Below, piece by piece: positions 1 through 13,300 of a stretch of 64,000 bases of DNA. The DNA is taken from NCBI GenBank assembly GCA_965285935.1, contig OZ260666.1, positions 61,690,001 to 61,754,000 on the forward strand, given 5' to 3'. Every line of letters begins with the position of its first letter. The first letter of the stretch is position 1. A program made the translations under genes and the position numbers. A model generated the notes under the pieces. It was not told where the DNA came from and did no database searches. It saw only the letters and a list, made by a program, of their open reading frames with translations. Source of the stretch: Ophelia neglecta (taxonomy: Eukaryota).

Positions 1-318
1 TATAATATTCCAAATTAAATAATATACATATTTTGATATAAAATGTAAGAAAAACCTGGAAAGGTCTTATGTTCAATATTTTTTCTTAGAGTGTATAAAA
101 TTAAGTACAGAAGTACACCAAAAAAAAAAACAATATTTATATTTGTTATTAATAATCACATTTGATATTCTCATTTTCTACTTGCACTGTTTTGTTTCTG
201 CTGATGGGTCCTTTATGTCCCCTTTTGCACCTGGGAATATTATGTCCGGACCATTTTGTCCAGGACTGTTATGGTTGGGACCAGTTTGTCCTTAAATCAT
301 CCTGCTTTCATCCATAGT

Positions 319-1010
319 AGTGCATATGCCATGACAAATTATAAGTGTAATATGCCAGGACCATACATCAGTGCATATGCCATGACAACATATAAGTGCA
401 GATGCCATGACAACATATAAGTGCAGATGCCATGACAACATATAAGTGCATATGCCAAGACAATGTATTAGTGCATATGCCATGACAACATATAAGTGTA
501 TATGCCATGACCATATATCAGTGCATATGCCATGACAACATATAAGTGCATATGCCATGACAACATATAAGTGCATATGCCATGACAACATATAAGTGCA
601 TATGCCATGACAACATATAAGTGTATATGCCATGACCATATATCAGTGAATATACCATGACAACATATAAGTGCATATGCCATGAAAACATATAAGTGCA
701 TATGCCATGACAATGTATGAGTGCATATGCCATGACAACATATAAGTGTATATGCCATGACCACATATCAGTGCATATGCCATGACAACATATAAGTGCA
801 TATGCCATGAAAACATATAAGTGCATATGCCATGACAATGTATGAGTGCATATGCCATGACAACATATAAGTGTATATGCCATGACCACATATCAGTGCA
901 TATGCCATGACAACATATAAGTGCATATGCCAGGACCATAAATCAGTGCATATGCCATGACTACATATAAGTGCATATGCCATGACAACATATAAGTGCA
1001 TATGCCATCA
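319..1010. repeat. 25-bp tandem satellite (AGTGCATATGCCATGACAACATATA), ~27 copies
   Basis: Directly visible periodicity; it generates the spurious Cys/His-rich ORFs. Confidence 0.95.
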
Positions 1011-1280
1011 CCATTATATTATACCGCCCTCCTCTGAATGTCTCCCCAATGGCTAGGATCCCAACACGGGTGTATAATTATATTCTCAGCGCGGCGTAAC
1101 TGGTGTTATAATTTCTGTAGACAGGATTCTCTGATAAAAAAATATGAAAATTCTATCCATACCATGGCAAGTTGAGGTCACAGCATAAGGTGTGAGCTGC
1201 CTGTTCAGGATTGTATAAATGGTGAAAGATCTGCTTTAGGGATTTCATTGTGTAATCTGATTATATACAGCTGGTTAAGG

Positions 1281-1314
1281 ATGGTTGAAGGACAGACATC
1301 TGATGTATCCGGAG
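1281..1314 (+). CDS. unc-22: Putative first coding exon (MVEGQTSDVSG); exon 1271-1314
   Basis: tatacag acceptor at 1270, ATG at 1281, phase-1 donor G|GTATTT compatible with the exon at 2811. It could equally be an internal exon or spurious. Confidence 0.35.
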
Positions 1315-4300
1315 GTATTTGGTGGATTTAGTGTTTCATGAAACAAGAGAAACTTCTTATAAAAGTTTTATAGCAGTTTATATTATCTTGTATGAATTTT
1401 TTTCCATACTTGCCTCTAGAGAAGCTGGCTGTAAATATTAAGCTTGCATACAGGAAAATACTGCCTATGAATTACTTATCACTGCTAGGGAACTGTTCTG
1501 TAACACATACCAAATTTAACAGTGAAGGATGTGCATTAGTGATAAAAGACACTAGACCTCCCCTCCTGCACACACACACACTTGTGTGCATTCTCGGGCA
1601 GTTCCTAGCCTCCATTCCTCTATACTCCAGTTTAGAGCCAACATTCAAGAATTTATAATTTTATGCTTTTTTCTCTCCATTTTACCAGGTCCCTTTTTAT
1701 CAGTCTTTTTACTTCAACATCCTATAAAATCTATGTCTCTTATTCCATCTACATTGTATCTTTACCCTACACATTGTTCTCATTCTCTATTTTCTCCAAT
1801 GATTTCATTCATTACAGGTAATTTCCCCAACATAGAAAAAGCAAAAAGTAAGACTATTATCAAGGCAAACGGGCAAGAGCAGGACCGATGATCCCTGATG
1901 AATACTAGTCTCCCATTATACCATTGATTATGAATTTGTTTAACATATAGCTCAAATTGGCTTGCAAGCACATGGCTTCTCATGGACTGAACAAATACTC
2001 TGCATACTCACTTGTGTCACCCTACCTATTGAAATGGACCTCTACATTGATGTACGGTCTTTTAACATTTTGAAAATATTATTGGTCAAAAAATAAAACT
2101 TATTGGGGCTCATAACAAGCTATATCCTCATCATTGCCCTACTGGCCATATGAAAATAGTCTTAAAGAGACTCAGTTTCACACCGCTGTATAACAGGGGT
2201 ACCCCTTTCATGATTAATCCTATCCTGAAATCCTCTAGCTGCACCTTAGATATGTTTTATAACAGCGAGTAAAATTTAATAGCCATCTACTAGTGGCTGG
2301 TTTAAGATATATTCTATGAATAGTTTACTTTAGTACTTATTCTATGTTGTGAAAAAAGGCCTGCAAATCATTTTCAATTTTTGTGACATTCATGTTTCAA
2401 ATAATTAATTTTGATTTGTCATTCATTTTCAGCCAACATCACTATTGTTGATGATTACTGTGGATCTTTTTGCTTTACTTACCCAAATGCCAGTATTTAT
2501 GTAAACTTAATTTTTCATTTGAAAAAAAACATTTATTTTAGTATTTTATATTAAGTAATAATTTTAAGTAAACAACCACTTTACACATGCATATAATAAT
2601 ATTAGGTTACTACTGTATGTAATCCTCCGTCCTTCTGTTGTCTCAATCATATTAGACAGTTTGTTGCTATACCAACAAATGAGAAAAAAAATAGCATCTA
2701 GGAATTTATGCCATGGAAGAAAACACTGTTTTTTGCATAAATATTATGGCAGATCTCTTTGGGTCAGTAGTATAGACAGTGTATTTAACGCTGTGTTGTT
2801 TACTCATTAGACTCGCTGGCACCAGATCAGCCTATTGTTAGGAGAGGCAGTAGAGTACCGGATGATGAAGAAGATGATGAAAGCGCAGTATACTTCAAGG
2901 TCAAACCTAAGAATCAAGTCGTGGTAGAAGGTAGGATAATCATCAAGTCTCTGTGAATACATCTAGTTAATAAACATTAAACAATGGCATAGACAATATA
3001 AAAACATGCTTAATAGTTATATTCTAAAGACTTTCCTACACCTGGTTATTACATTACATTTCAGGACAGCCGTTGTTTGTCGAATGTGTCTTTGCAAAGC
3101 AACCCCCCAAGTTTAACTGGTACCGTGGTATCGGGACAGGCATATTATGTAAAATGGACCCACGTGTGACCCTCACTTACCATGAGGCAGAAATGAATGC
3201 AATCATGGAAATTGCTGCCACAAGGTTTGGAGATGAGGCAAAGTATCAAGTGAAAGTGGAAGAACAAGATGGTCAAATGATTGAATTTGCCGGTTTCTCA
3301 GTCTTTATTAAAGATCCCAAAGATTCTGGTCTGGACTTCAGAGCACTCCTGAGACACAAGTTAGTAGGCACTCCTTCTCAATGAAGCAAAAATAAAAGTT
3401 GTACATGTGATATTTATATGAAGAAATAATCATCTCAAAGAATTTCTTTCCATAGTTTTGCCTGTTTTTTTCAGAGACAAAAGGAAGAGGAAGGGTAAAA
3501 ATGAAGGCCCAGACTGGGGAGACCTACAACACTGTAAGCACAAAGTACATTTATTGTCAGAACAACTTGACACTGTCTATTACACAATAAACCTGAAAAA
3601 ATGTCAAACACCTTTGATGAATGTGAGGCATCCCTCCCAACCTTTTGATTAAGAGGCAAAGGTAGTTAAGAAGTGGGAATAAGGGGTATAAGGTCAAATA
3701 TTTCATTTTGCAAAATGGACATACATGTAGCAGCTACGGGTACATGTGTCAAATACTATATACATAGATTGAGCAAAGTCCTATACATATGTGGTGTAAT
3801 GCAAAATTGAATGATGGCAGGCATTTTATCCCATTTTTCATGCATTTGCCATTTGTAAACTTAACTGTGGAGCATGTTTTTCTTCATGCAGTCTGCCTGA
3901 TGATTTGGGACTGAATTCATGGATTTGTTCTTAATCACAGATTCAGTTTTATTTGACAGGTATCCTTCACCCCCCCCCCCACCCCCCCCCCACCCCCCCC
4001 CCTCCTTCACCCCTATCCCACCCTTTTACCTCTCTGCAAGGAGGCATGTAGTTGGGTTATCCATCAGTATATCAAAAATGGTTTTCATAAATTTCTTTGA
4101 AACTTCATAGGAGGGACATGAGCTGATAAGGTTTTAAGAGAACTGGAAAAAAAGGTGGTTGCCGGAGAGTTTCTGTTAAAGTCGGAATACTTTTGTAACT
4201 TTAAGGGAGTCTAAGATGGGCACTTGTAAAGGACTGATCAAATTTTGGATAAATTCATTAATTTATATTAATTTGAATTAGGGCATATTCAATCTTCTTC

Positions 4301-7300
4301 TTATGCTGACCAGTTACAAACTCTTTGTTTTGGCCCAAATCCAGGCAGACTGTTGTCTACTTCTACAAGGGATATCATTTTTTTTCTGTACAGTGTTATC
4401 TGTTATCTATGGGCTGCTGGGAACTGATATTAGTAGGTTTGCAGCTGACAGTTGCTGAAGAGTTCCGATTGATGGCCACTTCCTGATAAATAATTTGGAT
4501 TGTCTATAAGCTTACATTTTTAAAAAATAAGAATTGACTGATAAATGTTGAGTTTGTCACATGTTTGCATATATTTAATCGATGGTCTATTGTGATGTTA
4601 TGTTGGCCAGAATCCCTTGCCTAAGAGGATGAAATTAAGAAATTCTTATTGAATAGAACATTTATATGAGCCTTGTTTCTCGCCTAAACTAATTTGAATC
4701 CAACAAATGAAGATTCATTCTTTTCTAATCTAGCCCTAATACAGAGGCAAAGTTCATCATTGGGACATATACTGAAATTTGCCCCCAACACTTTTTGCTT
4801 TTCTTGAAATTTCATGCAATTTCCAGTATAAGGAAATAAAATTTTGGGGGGTCTTTGGGGAGGGGGGGGGGGGTTGGTTGGTCTGGAACCCAGTCTTGCT
4901 TTAACTTTGCCAGGAGTGATTAGACTTAGGAGTTTACTTTCACTTTTAATTGGTAGGGTGTTTGCATTTCTTAATGCCTTGTTTACCATTAAAATCCCAT
5001 ACGTTGGGCAGACACCTGCTAACACAGATGTGTTTGTTCAGCTTCATGTAAGAAATTTCCAAAATATGTACATATGCTTGCCTACGTTTAATCTCCTTTG
5101 ACCTGTGCTTTCATGGTAATTTCACGGAGAAATCGAGACAAGTGTATATATAGACTCCAGTAAAGTTCTCATGAAAGATGACTGAGTATGAAGTGTATAT
5201 TAAAGGGAGCCAATCATCTGTTTACAGTGGAGAAGGAGAAGCCAGAATATGAGAGACGTCGTCGTATGTCCTCGATTGATCTGAGTCGAGGAGCCTTTGG
5301 TAAAGGAGGACCCGGAGCACTGGACAGGGTAAGATATGATTTGATGTCCATTTTCTACTGTGATTACTTTAGCAAGTCAATTTTCTGGTGTTGTGTACTC
5401 ACCATGTAACCTTGCTTCCACAATAAGTGTTCCTAATCACTGATTAGTCCATCATATCATATCTCCATCTGCAGTCTGATAACCATACTAGTGTAGAAAC
5501 ATGTAGGTTCTGGCATGTTGATGGCCTTTTATAATCGGTAGTATGGATAATCTGCCCTCTCTTGTTTACCAGTTACTATAGATTGTTAGGGTTTAACAGT
5601 ATGAAGTAAAAGGCTCTGTAAAATCTACTTTTGCAAGATTACTATTCCTTCTACATTGATAGATTAATCAAAGATCATGTAAAAGTGTTAAGGTGTTGGA
5701 TATTTAAGACCCTTGCATTTGATTAAAGTGTTTATCAAATAATTGTACCATTTTTAGCATTTATATATGTGTGATGAAAATAGTTTGCAAAGATACATGC
5801 TCAAGTAACTGATATCCCAAGGAAACAGTACCAAAAATATAATATATCTATAGATTATACACAAGTACATATTTCAGTTCCAAATTAGCTCTACATATTG
5901 TTCGCAAGTATTTCACTGCCAAATTGGAATTTTTCCACCAAATCGGGTAATATGAGTCCTTCAAGTTGGAATTTTCAATTGTGTTCAACCTTGAGCAAGT
6001 ATGTGTTTGTGAGTGCTATTTAGTCTGTGACCACAGCCAAGTGACTTGCCGAGTCCAGAGCCAGTGATATATTCCAACCCGGACCTGTCGCTCTTCCTGT
6101 CACGCCGCATGTCCCAGGGAAGCCTCAAGAGACGTCTCTCATTGGCTGACTGTATACCAGACTTCCCGGAACTTGACTGGATTGAAAAGCATGAGTTTCG
6201 TGTCCCCGAGGTGATGTGGACAAGTGAAATTTACATTCTTTACATGTTGTTGGCATTGTTTAAGATTTAGAATAACCTGCAGATCATAGCTCAAGAAAAT
6301 AAAAGATGTCAGTAATCTGTGTTCTTAATTTGAATATATATTTTTATAATGTTCATGTAAATTTAAAAAGCAATCAGATGTAGTATTATTTGAGAAACTA
6401 TCAATTTGACAAACAAATAGTAGTCTAAAAACGTGAATCATCAAAACAAAGGTTAATGGGTTTAACAATAGTGTTTTGCCTCTTACCCTAATACTACTAA
6501 CATTTCTGTGTGCACACTTCCCAACTGCTGCTTAGGTATCCATATAGAAATCTTTCCATTCATTCAATTAACCCCATTTTAATGATTAGTTCATCCAATA
6601 GCATTATATTATTAAGTTTATTTTGCTGGCATCATCAAGTGTCACATGCTAATTTGACAGTTTGAAGAAGAAAAAAAGATCTTTACATTTGGTCTTGAAA
6701 TTTAATCAGCCTAATAGAATTGGGATAGTGAAGTATCATTTTGATCCAATTGATAATTTAGCAAATCTCAGCTGCACCCGTACATACTGATTATTGATAC
6801 ATTCATCCTTGATATATTTCATGTGGGTGCGACTGACACTCGGTTTTGCCAGCCACATTACAAGGTTTCACCTATGTTGAGTATCCTGTTCACTTGTTGG
6901 GCATTTGCTCCCCCTCCCTTACCAAACTGTAACAACTAATCATTGTGTTCTTTACTCCTGCCCCCATCCTGACATATGTGGTGCACTTGGGTTCAGGATA
7001 CTCTAGATAGGTGCCACTCTCTAGTTGAATCTCATGGAGGGCAAAATGGCAGTAAAATAAAATCCTTTCATAATCTCTGAAAAAACATGAATTTTATATC
7101 CATAGAAAGGACTGGTTTTGAAAATGAAATAACGATCCATTTTGGAGATCCACATTTGCCATACTGCCCATCATAATTTTCCAGACTTGAGAGGAATTGA
7201 GAATTTAGCAGAGAACGAACACTGGAGTCAAGTTGGGCCATGGTTTTTGGCATTTACAGACTGCTCATGGTGGCTGCAATAGGCAAGCAAAAGCGTCTGC

Positions 7301-10300
7301 AGAGTGCTCACCACATGTTCTTTCTTTAGGCAGATATTTCAGTAATCATAGCATACAATAAAAGAGCAAAAAATATTTTGCATTTATAATATTATGAAAA
7401 TGGAGAATTGTCACGTTGCTCGTGATGCACTGACAAGATTAAAGCCTATGAAAGGTTTGCTATTGCTTTGTTGTGCCACTTGTTGCCTTCATGTCCAGCC
7501 ATTTGAATGCAAAGATCATGTGACCAAGCTGAAAAGGAATCCCTTCCAAGAGGACAGTGACAGTGTACAACTCATGACCTCTATCCATCCAGGTCAACAA
7601 CAAATGTCCCAATTTATTTTTCTGCCAAAAATGCAATACTGACTTACACTGCAGTAATTAAATTTAAATGGGTTTTTTTGACTGAAATTTAAAGGATTTT
7701 GTCCATCTTAGTCTGATAATGCATATACTGATTTGTTGTCTGATGTGTTGTGATCCTGATGTGGTTGTCCCATGAAAGTTGTACACTATCATTCCAATCT
7801 GACCAGAGTACATCAGCCACAGACAGTAGTCCACTTTAAACCCATACCAGCATCAACTAATTATATCTCACCAATTCACCTTAAGATAAGCTAATCTGGC
7901 TTTTAAAACACATATCAGTGCGACTGACACCTTGCATTGGTACACAACACTTTTCAAAGTCCAGAGAGAAATGAGTTTCAGGTGGGCTGCTCATCGTAAG
8001 GCACTTGTCTCTGCTCAAATCAACAGAGTAACCTGGTTTGGAGTGGCTGCACTTTTATTATCAATGCACTTGAAAATTAAACAGTATTATTTTATACAAT
8101 TGTGACCTTATAGCAGTTTTTTCACATAAAAAAAGAAGTTATAAGATTGAATGAGTTATCAGTTTGTACAGTAGGTATGACCTGTTACAGATTACCCCAC
8201 AATGTCACAAAATCACTCCTGGTAAAGTTAAAGCAGGATTGGATTTTGTTTGTCCAAATCACAGGAAATCACAAAAAAGCCAAAAAAGCATAAATTAAAA
8301 AAGTTGCAAATTATTCTGGAAAAAAAATTCCCAGACCTCCCCCTACTCCCAAAGACCCACCAAATATTTTATTTTCTTAAAACACTGGAAATCATATGAT
8401 ATGGCGAGAAAAGAAAAAAAGGTGACACATTTTTTGCCAATCGCATTTTCTATCTGGCACCACCTACCTTGAATAATTTTCCCAGGTTTATATACCATAT
8501 ACCTGTGGAATATACTTACTGAGGGGGAACTGTTAACGAGCTATAGCCAAAACAAATGAGGGTGGCAGTGGCGGAGGATATATATATATTTGCTGCCGGT
8601 TGCAGCTGGTGGCAACGGAGGCAGAGGACATGCCCAATACATACCCCCCATTTTTTTTCCAAAAAAGGGTGGGGGCAATAAAGTTTTTTTTAATCAGCCC
8701 AGCCAATTACTTCTCTTTCACTTCCATTCTTATGTGAAAAAGAACTGCTGAAATAAGTTACTTTTTATTTATTTAATTTATTCTGTGCTATATTTTATAA
8801 TAGATCTGCCTGCACAAAACCAGCAAATATGTCCACCCCAGTTCCCTAAACCTAATTTGTATAAATAAATTCAAGATCTGGCATGGAGTTCTGGAAGGTT
8901 GGAGCCTTAAGTTTTTTTACTTGAATCAGTAAATAACAAAGGATTTTGCACACGTTCATGTCCTAGAGTTGAGTCTGAGATAAGAATATGTGCCAAACCC
9001 ATTGTTATTTACTGACTTAAGTAAAAAACTTAGTCTCCAGTCTTCCTGACCTCTATGTCCAGACCTTATCTTCATAAATTACTTTTTCATCAAAGCAATC
9101 CCAAATCCACAATTTTATAAGAATGAGATAATCTATTCCCAAACAAGAAATGGTTCTCTGATGCCATCAATATTTCTCTATAAACATGTTCTGTTATGCT
9201 GTTGAATTTAACCTGCTTTTATATGAGAATTAAGTGTGTTTTCCATATAATTAACATCAATTTGTTTATTTGAATTTGTTTATAATATGAAATAGTACAG
9301 GCAGGTGTTGCTTTAAATATCAAATACCTTAATTAAATGGTTCTTAACAACAACAAATCATTGTTTAAAGTAATGTTTAAGTTTTAAGGCGTCTAAAAAA
9401 TTTGGAAATTTTTTCTCCTTTTTTTTTACTATATCCAATAAAATTAAGATATAAATATACAAATCTAAAGCAATGCCAACATCTAAGAATGTGGTGTTTT
9501 CACCCATCACATTTGTCTCTTAAAAAGGCACACTTCTTTTTTCTCTATAAATACCACCAGAATCTCACATTGTGGAGTTAGTTATCTTAGATCTAGCACT
9601 GTAGACAAACTGTAAACATATATATAACCTCAGGATTATGCTTTGAATGAAATTAATTATATAGAAATATAAATGACTTTTCAATGGTCTTCACTAGGAA
9701 GTTCTGTAAAATTGTGGCTTGGTTATATTAATGAAAGTATCGGTAAGAGCTTACTTGTATGACAGTTATTAAGCAGGATTTTTTATACCCTTTAAAATAT
9801 CTCTATTCATGTGTACGTGGGTGCATTATATGTACAGGATGATTTCAGTAAACTGAGCTATGGATTTATCTTTATATCTGCTAAGGTTTGCTCCTTAAAA
9901 TGACTTTGTATGGAAGACAGTGTGTCTTATTATGATTGCAATAAATGTATAATCCATGTATAATCCAGTAGGAAGTAAGGGTTGGGTTTGGTTATATCAA
10001 AAAATACTATGAAGAACAATATATTCAGGGGAGTTATATTTGAGCTGTTGCTGATAATGTTTTTTGATGGATTTTAAATTGACCATGTCTCTGTATACAA
10101 AGTGATAATGCTGGGAATATAATTTGTTGGAAATTATATTTCGCAATATATGAAATTATCACCAAATGTCAATAATAAAACTGCAGCTATTGTTTAGTAT
10201 GTGGATTTAATAAAAACAGGCAGAAAATAATCCAATTTTAAGATGTCAGTTTTGGGGTGGACAGCCATCTGTATAGGAGACTTTACATGTTTTGTGAACC

Positions 10301-13300
10301 AAATGTATGACATAATTCAAAATGTTTTTACTGTGTAAAATCTTAGGGGTTGTATTTGATTAAATCATGTTTCATATATATTTGAATATTGATAAACACT
10401 TGATAAATACAAATGAATTGACAGCAAAAAGGTGCAGGACAGCAAATTATGTTTAGTTTAAGCTCAGAGACAAGACACCGTAATTTTTAATATATAAATT
10501 ATATAAACTTTTGAAATATCATTCTGATAAAGGGTATTTAGAGAGAGAAAAAATGTTATCAAAATATCTTGTTTCTTGTTTGTTGAAAATGTATTGAATA
10601 ATATATCTATATTTATATATATATACCAGCATATATCATTTAAAGATGTTAATCACAACCTTCTAGTCTCTGGCTTTGAGTCCCCTATTGTGAAGCCTGT
10701 TTATGTTGGTTACCCTTTATGTTACTCTGTTTGTTTGTTAATTATTGAGTGTAATCATTAATGTGATGTGGAAACAACTGTATCTAAATTGATGCTTTAT
10801 TTTTTAATGAAATTTCATATTTTTCTTGCTAGATCAAATTAAACAAATATAATTTATTCATGAAGTACTAGAACTGATCAATTTGTTTGATATTAAAGTT
10901 AAAGCTGGACACTTCCATTAGATATAAATGTACATACATACATAAACATGCCATGTGTTCAGAATACTTGAAACATTACTTCACTTCTTTACCTTGTTTC
11001 AAACAAAGTCCTTGAAAGGATTATGGAACTGACCAACCATTTCTTTGTTAAATTGAATGCTGTGAAAATCCCAATAAGAGTATAAATGTATAAATTTGGA
11101 AAATAGAAATTGTACTTTTAGATTTGGAAAGTGTCTTTAGAGGTGGACTCAGTAGAATTTGATTGGCATCGATGAAGCATAGAATAAGAACTGAAAGAAC
11201 TCAATTTAGTTCATATTTACGAGATATCTCTACAAGTGCTTTTGTGCTCCAACATACCAGGCAGCAATGAATTTTAAGAGTAGTTAATAATCAAAGATGA
11301 ATCATTACTGTGCATTGGGCATAGACAGATCTTCTGTGTAAATACTTGTTGTGCTGTCTACATTTATATGGTAATATTAACATTTTGTACTCTTTTTATT
11401 TCTCATTTTTATAATTTGATGACACTTTGATGGTAAGCTTGTTAATTTATGACTGGGAATGACATCACTGTTATCTATCACTGTGGGAATGACATCACTG
11501 TTATTTATGATTGTGGGAATGACATCACTGTTGGTATTGACAGAACATTGCACTGGTTGTAGAATTGTGTACATTGTCATTTAGATTTAATTTCAGTTAC
11601 ACTGCAAATCAATTACTGTGTTTTAATTTGCTCTTCTATTACAAAATTGAAATGGTTTAGCTTGGGAGTCAAAGCTTTATACTATTATTTTGCTATGTAA
11701 ATTGTTCTTTATTTGCACAGTTCATCTTTTACAATGTCATGTTTTGTGTGACGCTTCTTTTATTTCTTTAAATAATGACACCGTGTGAAGCTTTTTCCTT
11801 GAAGTTGTTTTCACTTTTTACTAACATGAATTATAACTAATCACTAAGTAATGTATTACGGTGATGTTTCACTTACAGCCAGATGTACATGCCTCCATTG
11901 AGTACGATGACCTGTCACACATCATTCCAATTAAACAAGTTGATATTGAAGAGCTCGAGAACCAACAAAAATTGCGCCGCAACTCCTTACAAATGCGCAG
12001 AACCTCACTAGCAGATATTGTCCCTGATTGGCCAATGCTCCAGAAGCGCAAAATGCCGGATAAGGTACACACAAGGCATCTTCCCCATAACAAGCTGGAG
12101 CTCCATATCTGTTATAATGAAAACCTCCAGACAGTAACTTGTTATATCTCTTACTACTGCAAGCTGAGAAAATCACTGTCTATCATGTCACCCCTCTTCT
12201 CCTTTGTTTGTCCAAAAGGTGTGCTATGATTTTGGAAATTCACCCACTGCCCAGTCGCTGACTGCAGTGGCATGAATTTCTAAAATATGGATGATTGCCA
12301 GAACTTATGATTAGTATCCTGATGCATTGAGAAGTTGCAATCTAGACAAAATTGCCCCCTCTCAGAATGCTAGCCTGTAGCAGGTAGAACTCCTACCTCG
12401 ACAATAGAGCAATCTCAATGCTTAGACGCTGCTGTCTGCAGTTGGTTGATGAGCCATCGACTCTGCATGGCATTTTCACAAATGGGAGAAAAGCATGTGT
12501 GTACCTAAAAGCTGGCAGATGCTCAGTTTTTGTACACAAGATTAAACTGGTTCTCATGAAGAATCCTGCATTATCAGACTTAAATCCTAATGCATGTTGT
12601 GATAATCATTCTCATTTACTTTCAGCTCAACACTTCAATCATAGTACTCGACACGAAGGGGCTGATTTTCTTTGTCTTCACATGTTTTATATAACAAACT
12701 GAATTAATGTTAGTTTCTGAGTGATTTTAGGAGCTGTTGTTTGGAATATGGAATATTTAATGGAGAACTGTTCCTTCCCTGTTGTTGTTTTCAGGAATAT
12801 GCCGTCAAATGGCTTAGAGTCCTTGTCATTTCAATCAAATAACCTTGATAATTAACTAGCAAATACAACCAGCTGCCATTATCCTTTGAATAACCTTCTA
12901 CTTCTTCGATCAGACCATTCTCTCCAGTTTTTCAGCAAATCACAGTTAAACAGTCAACATGGAACCCTCGAAACAATACATTAATGTAATCACACAGAAT
13001 TACGTGTAGACCTGAGCCATCTAGTTAAACACAAACTCATAGAAAAGTCTCCTTCCATGTTTTTTTTGGTTTAAGACTATTATGGAAACCTGTGTCAGGT
13101 TGATAATCTCTGGTAGAATACCAATAGATAATGTCATAGCTTGCCAAAAACCACTGCTTGGTATGCAACAGACAATATGAATATGGATGGTGCTATAGCA
13201 GTTTCATTTTTGGTCCAAGAAAAGTTAGTGTGATTGTTGCTATTCAAAAGATTTATTTATGTGGTTTTAGGTCAAGGTCATGTATGTGTCCCATCAGTTT

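Noticed and set aside
292-1001. Overlapping Cys/His-rich minus-strand ORFs; CRISPR-like regular repeat
   Set aside because: Products of a 25-bp satellite read in rotating frames; no unique spacers and a eukaryotic context.
3968-4002. Poly-C/poly-G tracts (also ~43517, ~55195) giving poly-Pro/Gly ORFs or G-quadruplexes
   Set aside because: Simple intronic homopolymers, error-prone in assembly, with no supporting context.
6211-11800. Nested gene or additional D1 exons in the long intron (ORFs 7068-7253, 7394-7642)
   Set aside because: No recognisable domain, no consistent exon chain and no third RRxSL.D.IPD motif found by eye.
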